NCBI GenBank assembly: GCA_039588295.1
Contig: JBDHAB010000004.1
Location: forward strand, 32,001-96,000
DNA from: Gemmatimonadota bacterium
GTDB taxonomy: Bacteria > Gemmatimonadota > Gemmatimonadetes > Gemmatimonadales > GWC2-71-9
Length of the DNA stretch: 64,000 bases
Direction: 5' to 3'
Part shown: in pieces, positions 32,374 to 41,670 of the stretch
Position numbering within the stretch: position 1 is the first letter of the stretch
Layout of the letters: every line of letters starts with the position of its first letter
Notes under the pieces: model-generated
The model's input: only the letters and a program-made list of their open reading frames with translations
Told to the model about the DNA's origin: nothing
Database searches by the model: none
Translations under genes and position numbers: made by a program

Positions 32374-33222
32374 ATGGCTCGCTGGTGGAACCAGCTTCAG
32401 TCCACGGTCTACTCCCGTCTCCGCTGGTTGCCGGAGCTCTATGCCCGAGCGCTGGCCGGGGACGACGAGGAACTGCCGCTGCCCCCGCTCGCCTCGCTCC
32501 GGCGGCCGCTGGCCGAGGCGACGGTCGGCATTATCACCGCCGGCGGGGTGCATCTCTCAGCCCAGCAACCCTTCAACATGGAAGATCCCGACGGCGACGC
32601 CTCCGTTCGGATCATTCCGAGTCACGCTGACCTCAGCGACCTCCGGATCACGCACGACTACTATGACCACAGCGCGGCCGATAGAGACGTGAACACCGTC
32701 TTTCCGCTCGAGCGGCTGCGAGAACTGGCGCGAGCGGGCGAAATCGGTGGAGTGGCGGCGCGGCAGGTGAGCATGATGGGTCACCTTCTTGGTGCCCAAC
32801 GTCGGCGTCTCGTAGAACGAAGCGCCGGGGACATCGCCGACGTGTTCAAGGAGGACGCGACCGATCTCGTCCTTGCGACCCCGGGGTGAACAACATGCCA
32901 CCGGTCGGTCGGGCTGGTTGCACGCAGGATCGAGGCTGAGGGGATTCCCACGGTGACCGTGAGCGTCGTGCGTAGCATGACGGAGACCTGGCCTGCGCCA
33001 CGGAACGTGTTCGTACGGTTTCGTCTTGGGCTCGTGTTCGGGGAACCGGGCAACGTCGCCCAGCAGCAGACGATCGTGCGGGATTCGCTGCGAGCCGCGG
33101 AGCGAGTCACGAACTCCGGGCAAATGATCGAGCTTCCCTATCGGTGGCGGCGCGAAACGTACCCGCCACCGGTGGGTATCGTGGAGCGCGTACCCAACAC
33201 CTCACGACGGGGGCCGGACTGA
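32374..33222 (+). CDS. Selenoprotein of the PrdB/GrdB (proline/glycine reductase B) family; TGA 32887-32889 read as Sec (U172)
   Basis: ORF-track pieces ending at 32889 and starting at 32953 are in one frame; readthrough gives TPG-U-TTCHRSVGLVARRIEAEGIPT; upstream TAGGVH, HDYYDH and DVNTVFPLERLREL are family motifs. Confidence 0.9.
32896..32922 (+). promoter_or_regulatory. Putative bacterial SECIS element
   Basis: ACCGGUC/GGCUGGU stem with G-first loop GGUCG starting 18 nt after the UGA, closed by UGC/GCA. Confidence 0.7.
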
Positions 33223-34409
33223 TGCGGCTGCGCAGTACGGTAACGCTGGGGTTGACCATGGCGACGGCGAGTGTGCCGTGTGGCCCGCTCGTCGCGCAGG
33301 AACGGGAAAGCGCACGGGCGCTTGGGGTGATCACCGGCATCCTCACCCCCGGGCCGCTCAACGCCATCACGGACGTGGCGGGCGTCCGGGTGGGACATGC
33401 GACGGTGGTGCAAGGAGACTCCGTCAACACGGGGGTCACCGCCGTGCTGCCGCACGGGGGCAACGTCTATCGCGACAAGGTTCCCGCTGCCATCGTGGTG
33501 GGCAACGGGTTCGGCAAACTCATGGGGTTCACCCAGGTCCAGGAGTTGGGTGAGATCGAGTCGCCGATCGTGCTGACGTGTACGCTGTGCGTCCCCCGTG
33601 CCGCCGACGCCGTGCTCACGTATCTGCTCTCGCTCCCCGGCAACGAAACGGTCCGCTCGGCCAACGCCGTCGTGGGCGAGACGAACGACGGGGCACTGAA
33701 CCATATTCGCCTTCGGGCTATCACGGCGGACGACGTACTGCGAGCGATCCATGATGCTTCCACCGGTCCGGTGGCACAGGGAAGCGTCGGAGCGGGGCGG
33801 GGCACGCTGGCGTTCGGCTGGAAGGGCGGGATCGGCTCGTCCAGCCGCAGCCTTCCCGAACAGTTGGGTGGCTGGACGGTGGGCGTGCTGGTCCAAAGCA
33901 ACTTCGGTGGCGTGTTGACCATCGACGGCGCGCCCGTGGGCCGTGAACTGGGCCGATACTACTTGCAGGATCGCATCGGAAGCGGGTTATCCCTTCGGCA
34001 GAGAACGCTCGCAACGGGGGCGGGGTCGCGTCGGATCACCGTCGATGCAGCTGACGGGTCGGTGATGATCGTCGTGGCAACAGATGCCCCGGTGGACCAT
34101 CGAAACCTCGAGCGCCTCGCGCGACGCGCCCTCGCGGGTCTCGCGCGCACCGGCAGCGCGATGACCAACGGGTCGGGCGACTACGTCATCGCGTTCAGCA
34201 CGGTATCAGTGCGCGCGCTGGGTACGACTGCAACCGTTCCCAACGGAGCAATGAGTCCGTTGTTCCAGGCCGTGATCGAGGCGACGGAGGAGGCAATCTA
34301 CAACTCGCTCTTCCTCGCAACTACCGTACACGGCTATCGTGGGGTCGGCGAAGCCCTCCCGCTCGATGCCACACGGCAGATCCTGCAACGGTACGGTGTC
34401 GTGCGATGA
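33222..34409 (+). CDS. DmpA-like P1/S58 family aminopeptidase (self-processing)
   Basis: NAITDVAGVRVGH, TGVTAVLP, VVGETND, GSVGAG.G, KGGIGSSSR and NGSGD (Gly/Ser cleavage); TGATG overlap with the selenoprotein stop. Confidence 0.92.
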   Translation: MRLRSTVTLGLTMATASVPCGPLVAQERESARALGVITGILTPGPLNAITDVAGVRVGHATVVQGDSVNTGVTAVLPHGGNVYRDKVPAAIVVGNGFGKLMGFTQVQELGEIESPIVLTCTLCVPRAADAVLTYLLSLPGNETVRSANAVVGETNDGALNHIRLRAITADDVLRAIHDASTGPVAQGSVGAGRGTLAFGWKGGIGSSSRSLPEQLGGWTVGVLVQSNFGGVLTIDGAPVGRELGRYYLQDRIGSGLSLRQRTLATGAGSRRITVDAADGSVMIVVATDAPVDHRNLERLARRALAGLARTGSAMTNGSGDYVIAFSTVSVRALGTTATVPNGAMSPLFQAVIEATEEAIYNSLFLATTVHGYRGVGEALPLDATRQILQRYGVVR

Positions 34410-35638
34410 GCGTATCTCCGAGCCCCGCGCCATTCTCGCGGTCGAAGAACCTCGTTCACGTCGAGTCCGCGATGCTGCTCGAGGTGAGGCGTGATATCGA
34501 GCGACGCCGCTCCGCGAACGAAGAGGTCATCGATCTCTCGACCGAAGAGCCGGGCTTTGAGCTCCCGCGGCTCGCGGCCGATGCAGCCGTGCGGTCCATC
34601 CAGCAGGGCAAGACGCGGCTCACCGATGCGGCGGGTATCATGGAGCTTCGCGCGGCGGCGGCCCGGCACTGGTCGTTGCTGTCGGCCGGCCGTCCGGTCA
34701 ACGCGGATCACATCGTGGTGTCGACCGGCGCACGGCACGGCGTGTTCAACGCCAGTTTCGTATTGTTCGAGTCCGGTGACCGGGTCCTCGTACCGACGCC
34801 GGCGTGGCCACCCTATCAGGCGCTCGTGCGACTGGCTCGCGCCACTCCCGTGTCGGTCGCCGGAGATCCCGAGTGGAGTCTCAAGGTCAGTGTCGACGAT
34901 CTGGAGCGCGCCACCGACGCTCGAACGGCAGGATTGCTCCTCAGCTCGCCGACGAATCCGACCGGGGCGGTGTACACCCGGCCCGAGCTGAAGGCGATTT
35001 GCCAGTGGGCTCGCGAACGCGGTGTGTGGGTCGTGATCGATGAGACGTATCGGCGATTGCACTTCGGGTCGGGACCGGCACCGTCGGCGCTCGATCTCCC
35101 CGACGAGTTGGTGGAGCAGGTCGTAGTCGTGTCTGGCTTGGGAAAGACGTATGCTATGACGGGCTGGCGAATCGGCATCACGATCGCCCCGTCGGAAGTC
35201 TCGCGCGCCATGGCCATGCTCCAGGAGTACGTCACGGGCGGGGCATCACAGCCTGCGCAATGGGCCGCAGCGGTCGCGCTCTCCGATGACCGGATCGAGG
35301 CTGAGATCGGGCGGACGTCGGATACGCTTCGCCGCCGCCGAGACGTTGTCGTACAGCTCCTGCGGGACCACCTGCCAGGAGTGGAGTTCGTTGAGCCGCT
35401 CGGGGCCTTCTTCATCTTCTTCCGGGTCGATGGGTTCTTTGGCGAGAAATGCACCAGCGCTCGATTGTTCTGCGAGGGCCTGTTGACCGACTACGGGGTG
35501 GCGTTGGCGCCCGGCGAAGCGTTTGGCGACGGGCGCTGGGTCAGGCTCAGCTATGCCGCGGCGCCGCGGGAGCTCGAGCGCGGATTGGAACGAATCGCCT
35601 CGTTCGGGCGGACGCTCACCAAGGGAGGCGTGTCGTGA
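34406..35638 (+). CDS. PLP-dependent aminotransferase class I/II (AspC-like)
   Basis: SPTNPTG, DETY, SGLGKTYAMTGWRIG (PLP Lys) and VRLSYA. Confidence 0.9.
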   Translation: MSVSPSPAPFSRSKNLVHVESAMLLEVRRDIERRRSANEEVIDLSTEEPGFELPRLAADAAVRSIQQGKTRLTDAAGIMELRAAAARHWSLLSAGRPVNADHIVVSTGARHGVFNASFVLFESGDRVLVPTPAWPPYQALVRLARATPVSVAGDPEWSLKVSVDDLERATDARTAGLLLSSPTNPTGAVYTRPELKAICQWARERGVWVVIDETYRRLHFGSGPAPSALDLPDELVEQVVVVSGLGKTYAMTGWRIGITIAPSEVSRAMAMLQEYVTGGASQPAQWAAAVALSDDRIEAEIGRTSDTLRRRRDVVVQLLRDHLPGVEFVEPLGAFFIFFRVDGFFGEKCTSARLFCEGLLTDYGVALAPGEAFGDGRWVRLSYAAAPRELERGLERIASFGRTLTKGGVS

Positions 35639-36159
35639 TGGGTGCCAACCGATTCGGCGCGAGAACGGAGTCGCTCGAGGGTCCCCTGCCGCATCTGGAG
35701 TACCGCTGGGACGCTGAGACGGAGATCCTGTCGGGGATGGCCAACGCGGTCGTCGGTCCCCGGGGCCTCACGGGGTCCGTCGAGCTCGAGGATGCGAAGG
35801 GCGCCGTGGTGACACTCGATTTTGCCGGGGGCGTGCTCCGCGGGCTCGAGGTGGTGGTCTGGCCAACGGTGGAATCGGTCGTGGGGCTCGCACCTCCGGC
35901 GGCGGATGAGCAGTGCCGGTTCGTGGTGCCGGCACGGCCGTCCCAGCCCGGCATCGCGGTGCTCGAGGTGGACGTACTCCTCTCGGTGGCCGCAAGCGAG
36001 GACGAATCCGTGATCCACCTAAAGGTTGGACCACGGCGAGGCCGTCGAGCCGTGGCCGTCGCCGATAACCTCCTGATCGAGCTCGACGCCGAGAGTGAGA
36101 TCGCAGGATTCTGGCTGTTGAACGTCCCACCATTTCCGACGACCAGGGAAGCACAATGA
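35638..36159 (+). CDS. Hypothetical protein with two DUF2283-like repeats
   Basis: Overlaps both neighbours at start/stop; [25 protein letters not shown] and [24 protein letters not shown]. Confidence 0.7.
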   Translation: MGANRFGARTESLEGPLPHLEYRWDAETEILSGMANAVVGPRGLTGSVELEDAKGAVVTLDFAGGVLRGLEVVVWPTVESVVGLAPPAADEQCRFVVPARPSQPGIAVLEVDVLLSVAASEDESVIHLKVGPRRGRRAVAVADNLLIELDAESEIAGFWLLNVPPFPTTREAQ

Positions 36160-37808
36160 CACGGCTCGCGTGGGCAGCTGCAGCTGTGCTCGCGCTGACC
36201 GCGGCCGGGTCGAGCGTGCGAGCGCAGGACGAAGCCGGTGTGCAACTCCTTGTCAACGCGAGATTCTGGACGGGAGATAGTGCACAGCCGTGGGTGGAGG
36301 CGGTGGCCGTTCACAACGGACGGATCGTTGCGGCCGGCAGCCGCGGGGACGTTCGAAGCGTCACAGGCCCGGGCGCCCGGGTGGAGGATCTTGGAGGTCG
36401 ATTCGTCACCCCCGGCCTCATCGATACACATACGCATTTCCAGTACGCCGGTACCCTGCTACTGGGTGTGAACCTCCTCGACGTATCCGATGATGCAACA
36501 TTCAGACGCCGGATCGCCGAGGCGCATGCGCGGCTCCCGGCGGGTTCGTGGATGGTGGGTGGTGACTGGGGTGCGTACGATCTCGAGACGACGTGGATTC
36601 CGGCTCGCGCGCTGCTCGATTCGCTGGTCGGGGCACGTCCCGCGCTGCTGAACAAATGGGATCGCTCGCAGTATCTCGCGAACAGTGCGGCGCTGATGGC
36701 GGCGGGGATGGACTCGCGGATGCATGACGGCGTGCTCTCCCAGGAGGACGCGCAGGTGGTGCGCCGGGTGATGCCTACTCCCTCCTTCGAGCAGCGGCTC
36801 GCCGAAGCTCGTCTTGCGTTGGCCGACCTCGCGCGGCACGGCGTGACCACGATTCACGACATCACCGGCGCCGAGCAGCTGCGCCTGTTTGAGTATCTGC
36901 GCGCGCGAGATTCGCTGACCGTGCGGGTCTGCGCCCGCCCCACCCTCGATCACTGGGAGGACCTCGCGGCCGTTGGCATTCAGACCGGCTACGGCAACGA
37001 ATGGATCTCGATCTGTGGGCTCAAAGGGTTCGTGGACGGCATCATGGGGAATTCATCGGCCATGTTTCGTGAGCCCTATCGTCACCGCCCCGAGACGCGA
37101 GGCCGGTGGCGGACCATGATGTCGCCGGCCGGAACCATGGAGCACATGATCCGAGCCGCGGACTCGGTGGGACTGACACCCCAGATCCATGCGATCGGTG
37201 ACCTCGCAGTCGACACGTTGCTCGACATGTACGCCGAAGCAATCCGTGCCAACGGTCCCAAGGATCGGCGGTTCCGGATGATCCATGCCCAGGTGGTCGA
37301 GACCGATGACTTCGGGCGGTTCGGTGAGCTCGGGATCATTGCCGAGGTCCAGCCGTACCACGCGATCGATGACTTGCGTTGGATGGAGGATCGCATTGGC
37401 GGCCGAGCGAGTGGCGCCTACGCCTTCCGCTCGCTCGTGGATGGGGGAGCGCTCCTTGTATTTGGCTCGGACTGGCCCGGGACCAATGCGTCGTGGTATC
37501 CGGCCGATCCGGTGCTCGGCATGTATGCGGCGGTGGCCCGGCAGACCTTGGACGGGCAACCGAACGGCGGATGGTATCCGGCACAGCAGCTCACGGTGCG
37601 AGAGGCGCTCGACGCCTACACCGTCAATGCGGCGTATGCGGCGTTCGAGGAACGGTGGAAAGGTCGACTGCTTCCTGGCTTTGTCGCCGATCTCGTCGTG
37701 CTCTCCGACGACCTCTTCACCATCCCGCACGCCTCGATCAAGGATGTCCAGGTCGAGGGTACGATGGTCAACGGGCAGTGGGTCTTCCGCCGGGTGCTGG
37801 TGCCGTGA
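36156..37808 (+). CDS. Secreted amidohydrolase (Amidohydro_3/YtcJ-like)
   Basis: Signal peptide; [29 protein letters not shown] and ADLVVL motifs. Confidence 0.92.
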   Translation: MTRLAWAAAAVLALTAAGSSVRAQDEAGVQLLVNARFWTGDSAQPWVEAVAVHNGRIVAAGSRGDVRSVTGPGARVEDLGGRFVTPGLIDTHTHFQYAGTLLLGVNLLDVSDDATFRRRIAEAHARLPAGSWMVGGDWGAYDLETTWIPARALLDSLVGARPALLNKWDRSQYLANSAALMAAGMDSRMHDGVLSQEDAQVVRRVMPTPSFEQRLAEARLALADLARHGVTTIHDITGAEQLRLFEYLRARDSLTVRVCARPTLDHWEDLAAVGIQTGYGNEWISICGLKGFVDGIMGNSSAMFREPYRHRPETRGRWRTMMSPAGTMEHMIRAADSVGLTPQIHAIGDLAVDTLLDMYAEAIRANGPKDRRFRMIHAQVVETDDFGRFGELGIIAEVQPYHAIDDLRWMEDRIGGRASGAYAFRSLVDGGALLVFGSDWPGTNASWYPADPVLGMYAAVARQTLDGQPNGGWYPAQQLTVREALDAYTVNAAYAAFEERWKGRLLPGFVADLVVLSDDLFTIPHASIKDVQVEGTMVNGQWVFRRVLVP

Positions 37809-37872
37809 GCCGCGAGGAAGCGCTGGCCACGTGTGCCGGTGACGGACGCTCGATCGGCGAGAAGGTGGGCGA

Positions 37873-38826
37873 CTGACTTCGTCGACTCGACTCCGGCTCG
37901 GCGAGGTGCTGCGGCGCGCGGGCGGCACGGTCGGAGCGGGAGCGCCCCTCACGCATGCGGCCCCGCCCATCAGTGCTCCATTCGCCTCCGCCGACTACGT
38001 GGAAGGCCAGCGAATTGAGCCGATCGCCGTCGGCGGTCCAGTGGAACCCCCGGATGGGGTGGCGTTCCTCGACGGTATTCAGCGGTATGCAGTGGAGGGC
38101 CGCTTCGATGTCCTGCCGGTCGTACGCGGACATGTGGCAGCGGCCGTGCTGCGACGGGAGGGCGGGACGCTCCGCGTCGCCGTCGAAGAAGCCGAGGAAT
38201 TCCTGGTGGTGCCGCTCCAGCGGCTCAGCGCAGAGCAGCGAGGCGCACTCGACGCGGTCGGTCTTCCGATCCACGACAGTCCCGAGTCGCAACGCTCGCA
38301 CCCCATCCTGGATGTGCAGCTATCGGCCAAGGTCGTGGAGCGGCGTCGGGAATCGCTCGAAACGACTGTGGCGAAACGGTATTTGGCGGCTGACGCGGGT
38401 GGGTGGTTGGTCGTGGATGGCACCATCACGACGCTCGGTGAGGTCTTCGAAGACCACCCTCGGGTCTTGGGTCTGATCAAGAGTCACGAGACGCAATTCC
38501 TCGACGGCAACGACCTGGTTGTCGCCCTCACGCTCCCGGCCGAGCACCGAACGAGTGTGTTTGCGCGTTCGGCCGGTACCCGCGCGACGGTGTACACGTG
38601 GTATCTTCGGTTATGGCCGTGGGATGAGCAGGAGCTGCTCCACGGACTGGTTCGCATCGAGCGACCCCCGGCGCGCGACGTCGTGACCGAGGCGACGCGG
38701 CTGAGCGGTTGGCTCCTCGCCGAGCGAGCGCCGCTGTCGGCGCCCGACGGGCGTTGGGACCGTCTGCTCTATCCCATCCACCAAGTGGAGACGTATTTGC
38801 GCGCCAAGGCAGGAGGTTGGTGGTGA
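37873..38826 (+). CDS. nurA: NurA-like nuclease (RNase H fold)
   Basis: AFLDG, LVVDG, GLIKSH, WYLRL and PI..VE..L motifs; coupled to herA; start is CTG 37873 or GTG 37906. Confidence 0.75.
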   Translation: MTSSTRLRLGEVLRRAGGTVGAGAPLTHAAPPISAPFASADYVEGQRIEPIAVGGPVEPPDGVAFLDGIQRYAVEGRFDVLPVVRGHVAAAVLRREGGTLRVAVEEAEEFLVVPLQRLSAEQRGALDAVGLPIHDSPESQRSHPILDVQLSAKVVERRRESLETTVAKRYLAADAGGWLVVDGTITTLGEVFEDHPRVLGLIKSHETQFLDGNDLVVALTLPAEHRTSVFARSAGTRATVYTWYLRLWPWDEQELLHGLVRIERPPARDVVTEATRLSGWLLAERAPLSAPDGRWDRLLYPIHQVETYLRAKAGGWW

Positions 38827-40766
38827 CCGCAACCGAGCAGGGGCCCATGATCGGTCGCGTGGTGGCGACCGAGGCGCTACCCGCCGGTCCGCACCAGTTC
38901 CATTTCTGGACGGCGATCGATTCGCCGATCGGAATCGGTGCGATCGTCCGGGTCGATGCGTCGAGCCCGCGCTCCGTGTATGCGGTTGTGATCGATGGCC
39001 GTGCCTACTCGGACCTGGCGACCCCGTTGCACGAGGTCGTCGCCGCACAGGGCGACCCGCGCGGTCAGACCGTGCCGACCCGGCGCACGGAGATCCGTCT
39101 CTGGACCGCCGCTGTCCTGCGACATGAGCCGGAAGAGCCGGTCCAGCCGGTCCCGTTGGCCGAGGTCCGGTTAGCCACCGAGCAGGATGTCGCAATGGCG
39201 TTGCGCATGGACGCGTACATGCGAGCGGAGACGCCGACAGGGGTCCCGATTGGCGTGTACCGCGGCGGCGGGCTCACCGCCCCCGTGCTCGTGGACGCCG
39301 ATTTCCTGCTCGGGCCCGAGTCGGCGCATCTCAACATCAGCGGGGTGTCCGGTCTGGCGACCAAGACAAGTGCGGTCGAGTTCTTCTTGTCGAGCATCTT
39401 CCAACGGTTGCCTGATCACAAGGGGAGCGTCGCGGCGGTCTGTTTCAACGTCAAGGGGCCCGATCTGTGTTTTCTCGACCAGGCCGGTGATCTCGCAGAC
39501 GCCGACCGCGAATTGTATGCGTCCCTCGGTCTCGAGGCTCGGCCGTTTGACCGTGTCCGCTATTTCGCACCGTTCAAGGCCGACGGGGTCAATCTGAACA
39601 CCTTGCGCTCCCATCCCGACGTGGTCGGATCGGTGCAGCCCCTGGTCTGGGGCCTGAGGGAAGTGCTCGGTTACCACGAGGTGCTCCTGAATCGGGACGA
39701 TATCGATGCCAAGGCGGACGCGTTCCTGGATTTCCTCGCGGATCGTGTGCTCGAGAAAGAGTTCCATGACGATTGGGGCGGCACCCATCGCGTGCGGAGC
39801 TTCGCGGACCTCGACAGGCTCTTTCGCAGCATCTTTGACGGTCTCGAGCACGCGGGACGCGGCGACGTCTGGCGGACGCACCACATCGCAACCATACGCA
39901 AGGTGCGAAACCGGTTGCTCAATATCTCGACGCGATGCAGGGGGCTGGTCACCGACGACGGGACGGTGAGCGATCTCCCCTTTGGCGCGTTCGAGGATCG
40001 GGGCATCTACGTCATCGACGTGGCCGGGATGGACCAGGTAGCGCAGGATCTAGTGTTCACGCGCGTCGTATCGATGCTGCGAGACCACTTGGAACGACGG
40101 GATCTCGGCGTCGACAACGTGATCGTGTTCGTCGACGAGCTGAACAAGTACGCCCCAACGGAAGGACCGGAAACCTACGTGCGGAAGATGTTGCTGGACA
40201 TCTCCGAGCGCGGTCGCTACCTCGGATTGGTGCTGTTTGCCACGCAACAGTTTCGCTCCCAGGTGCACCGGCGGGTCGTGGGAAACGCGGGAACGCTCGT
40301 GTTCGGCCGCATGGATATGGACGAGCTGGCGACGCCGGGGTACCAGGTATTGTCGCCGGCGACCAAGATCAAGTTGGCAACGCTTCCGAAGGGTGAGCTG
40401 ATGGTGCGGCATCCGCACTTTACCCAGCCCGTGTTCGTCCGGTTTCCGCGACCGGCGGTTCTCACGGGTCCGGCCGGCATCAAGCGCTTCCCGCCGGTTG
40501 CCGATGTGGGGTTCGAGGACGCGGTGGTGCGGCAGTTGGCCGCGCTCGACAAGCGGGTGCCGGTCGCGCGTGTCAGAGATGCGATCGCCGACCGTCGAGA
40601 GGATGATGTGCGCCGGGCCTTACTGACCACGAGACGGGTTCGCCCGGACGATGTGTTCAGCTACTTCCTTGCGGCCTTGGGTCCAGCGGTGCCCCGCGAG
40701 CACGTGCCGCAGACAGCGCACGCCGCCGCACCGCTGCGTACCGTGGACGATCCCTATGGCACGTAG
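38823..40766 (+). CDS. herA: HerA-like ATPase/DNA translocase
   Basis: N-terminal HAS-barrel-like region (IGRVV), HLNISGVSGLATKTS Walker A variant, FNVKG.D, VFVDELNKY Walker B, ERGRYLG..LFATQ. Confidence 0.85.
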   Translation: MTATEQGPMIGRVVATEALPAGPHQFHFWTAIDSPIGIGAIVRVDASSPRSVYAVVIDGRAYSDLATPLHEVVAAQGDPRGQTVPTRRTEIRLWTAAVLRHEPEEPVQPVPLAEVRLATEQDVAMALRMDAYMRAETPTGVPIGVYRGGGLTAPVLVDADFLLGPESAHLNISGVSGLATKTSAVEFFLSSIFQRLPDHKGSVAAVCFNVKGPDLCFLDQAGDLADADRELYASLGLEARPFDRVRYFAPFKADGVNLNTLRSHPDVVGSVQPLVWGLREVLGYHEVLLNRDDIDAKADAFLDFLADRVLEKEFHDDWGGTHRVRSFADLDRLFRSIFDGLEHAGRGDVWRTHHIATIRKVRNRLLNISTRCRGLVTDDGTVSDLPFGAFEDRGIYVIDVAGMDQVAQDLVFTRVVSMLRDHLERRDLGVDNVIVFVDELNKYAPTEGPETYVRKMLLDISERGRYLGLVLFATQQFRSQVHRRVVGNAGTLVFGRMDMDELATPGYQVLSPATKIKLATLPKGELMVRHPHFTQPVFVRFPRPAVLTGPAGIKRFPPVADVGFEDAVVRQLAALDKRVPVARVRDAIADRREDDVRRALLTTRRVRPDDVFSYFLAALGPAVPREHVPQTAHAAAPLRTVDDPYGT

Positions 40767-41670
40767 GCCGTCGTCGCCGCTGGTGCTGTGCGGCGTCGTC
40801 TGTACGATGCTCGGCGGGGTTCCGCGTGCCGCGGCGGCGCAGGAGAGTATTCTCCTCCGGTACAACCCGCAGCCGGGCGCATGGGTGCGGCAAATCTGGT
40901 GGTCCGAGGTTACCAGCACGATTCTCGACGAGGGAGGCGGAAAGGGGGACCTGAGTGTGGAGGCGGTGGGCGTCCAGAGCATTACGTCTCGGGTTCTCGA
41001 GATCGACGACAATCGCCGGGTGCTCGAGGTGACGCGCGACTCGCTGCGTGCGCGGGTTCGACAGTTCGGTGGCATCTGGAGGACCTCGGCGGATACGAGC
41101 GGCCCGAAACCGAGTGCGCAGCTCGTTGTGGATGATCGACTGCGGGTAACGGATCTTCGGGCGCCGGCTGGCGTCAGCCTGTCCCGCCGGCACCGGGAGA
41201 CCCTCCGCGCATTCGCGGCTGGATTCGAGTTGGCCCTCCCGGAGCAGCCGATCACCGTTGGACAGACCTGGTCCGCCGACGTCATCTACCCGATCGACGA
41301 ACCCCTGGGTGTGGAGGACGAACCGGATATCGCGACGTGGTTCTCACGGTGGGATGACATCGTCGCGCGCTCGACCTTTCAGCTCGACAGCCTCGTACCG
41401 CGCGGGACCGATACCCTGGCCTATCTCCGAGTCCAGGGGCGGTTTGTGCCCGCGACCATCGCCCCCCCCGCGGAGCTTTCGGCGGGACGAGCGCGATTGG
41501 ACGGTACCTTTGGTGGAACGCTGATCTGGTCGACCAGTTGGAACGCGTTCGTGTCGGGAGCCGTTCGCAGCCTGGTGGGCATGACGGCGTTCCAGGGGCC
41601 GCCGGAGCAAGAGCGTCCGGCCTTCACGCTCCGCCTGGACATCATCAGCCGGCTGCAGGTGCGTCTATGA
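40756..41670 (+). CDS. Hypothetical secreted beta-rich protein (paralog A; DUF6263-like)
   Basis: Signal peptide ending AAA-QE; LPEQPITVGQTW motif; overlaps the herA stop. Confidence 0.75.
   Translation: MARRPSSPLVLCGVVCTMLGGVPRAAAAQESILLRYNPQPGAWVRQIWWSEVTSTILDEGGGKGDLSVEAVGVQSITSRVLEIDDNRRVLEVTRDSLRARVRQFGGIWRTSADTSGPKPSAQLVVDDRLRVTDLRAPAGVSLSRRHRETLRAFAAGFELALPEQPITVGQTWSADVIYPIDEPLGVEDEPDIATWFSRWDDIVARSTFQLDSLVPRGTDTLAYLRVQGRFVPATIAPPAELSAGRARLDGTFGGTLIWSTSWNAFVSGAVRSLVGMTAFQGPPEQERPAFTLRLDIISRLQVRL

Noticed and set aside
32887..32889. Nonsense mutation or pseudogene reading of the internal TGA
   Set aside because: The TGA falls at the family's Sec position (UxxC), is followed by a SECIS-like hairpin, and the rest of the frame is intact.
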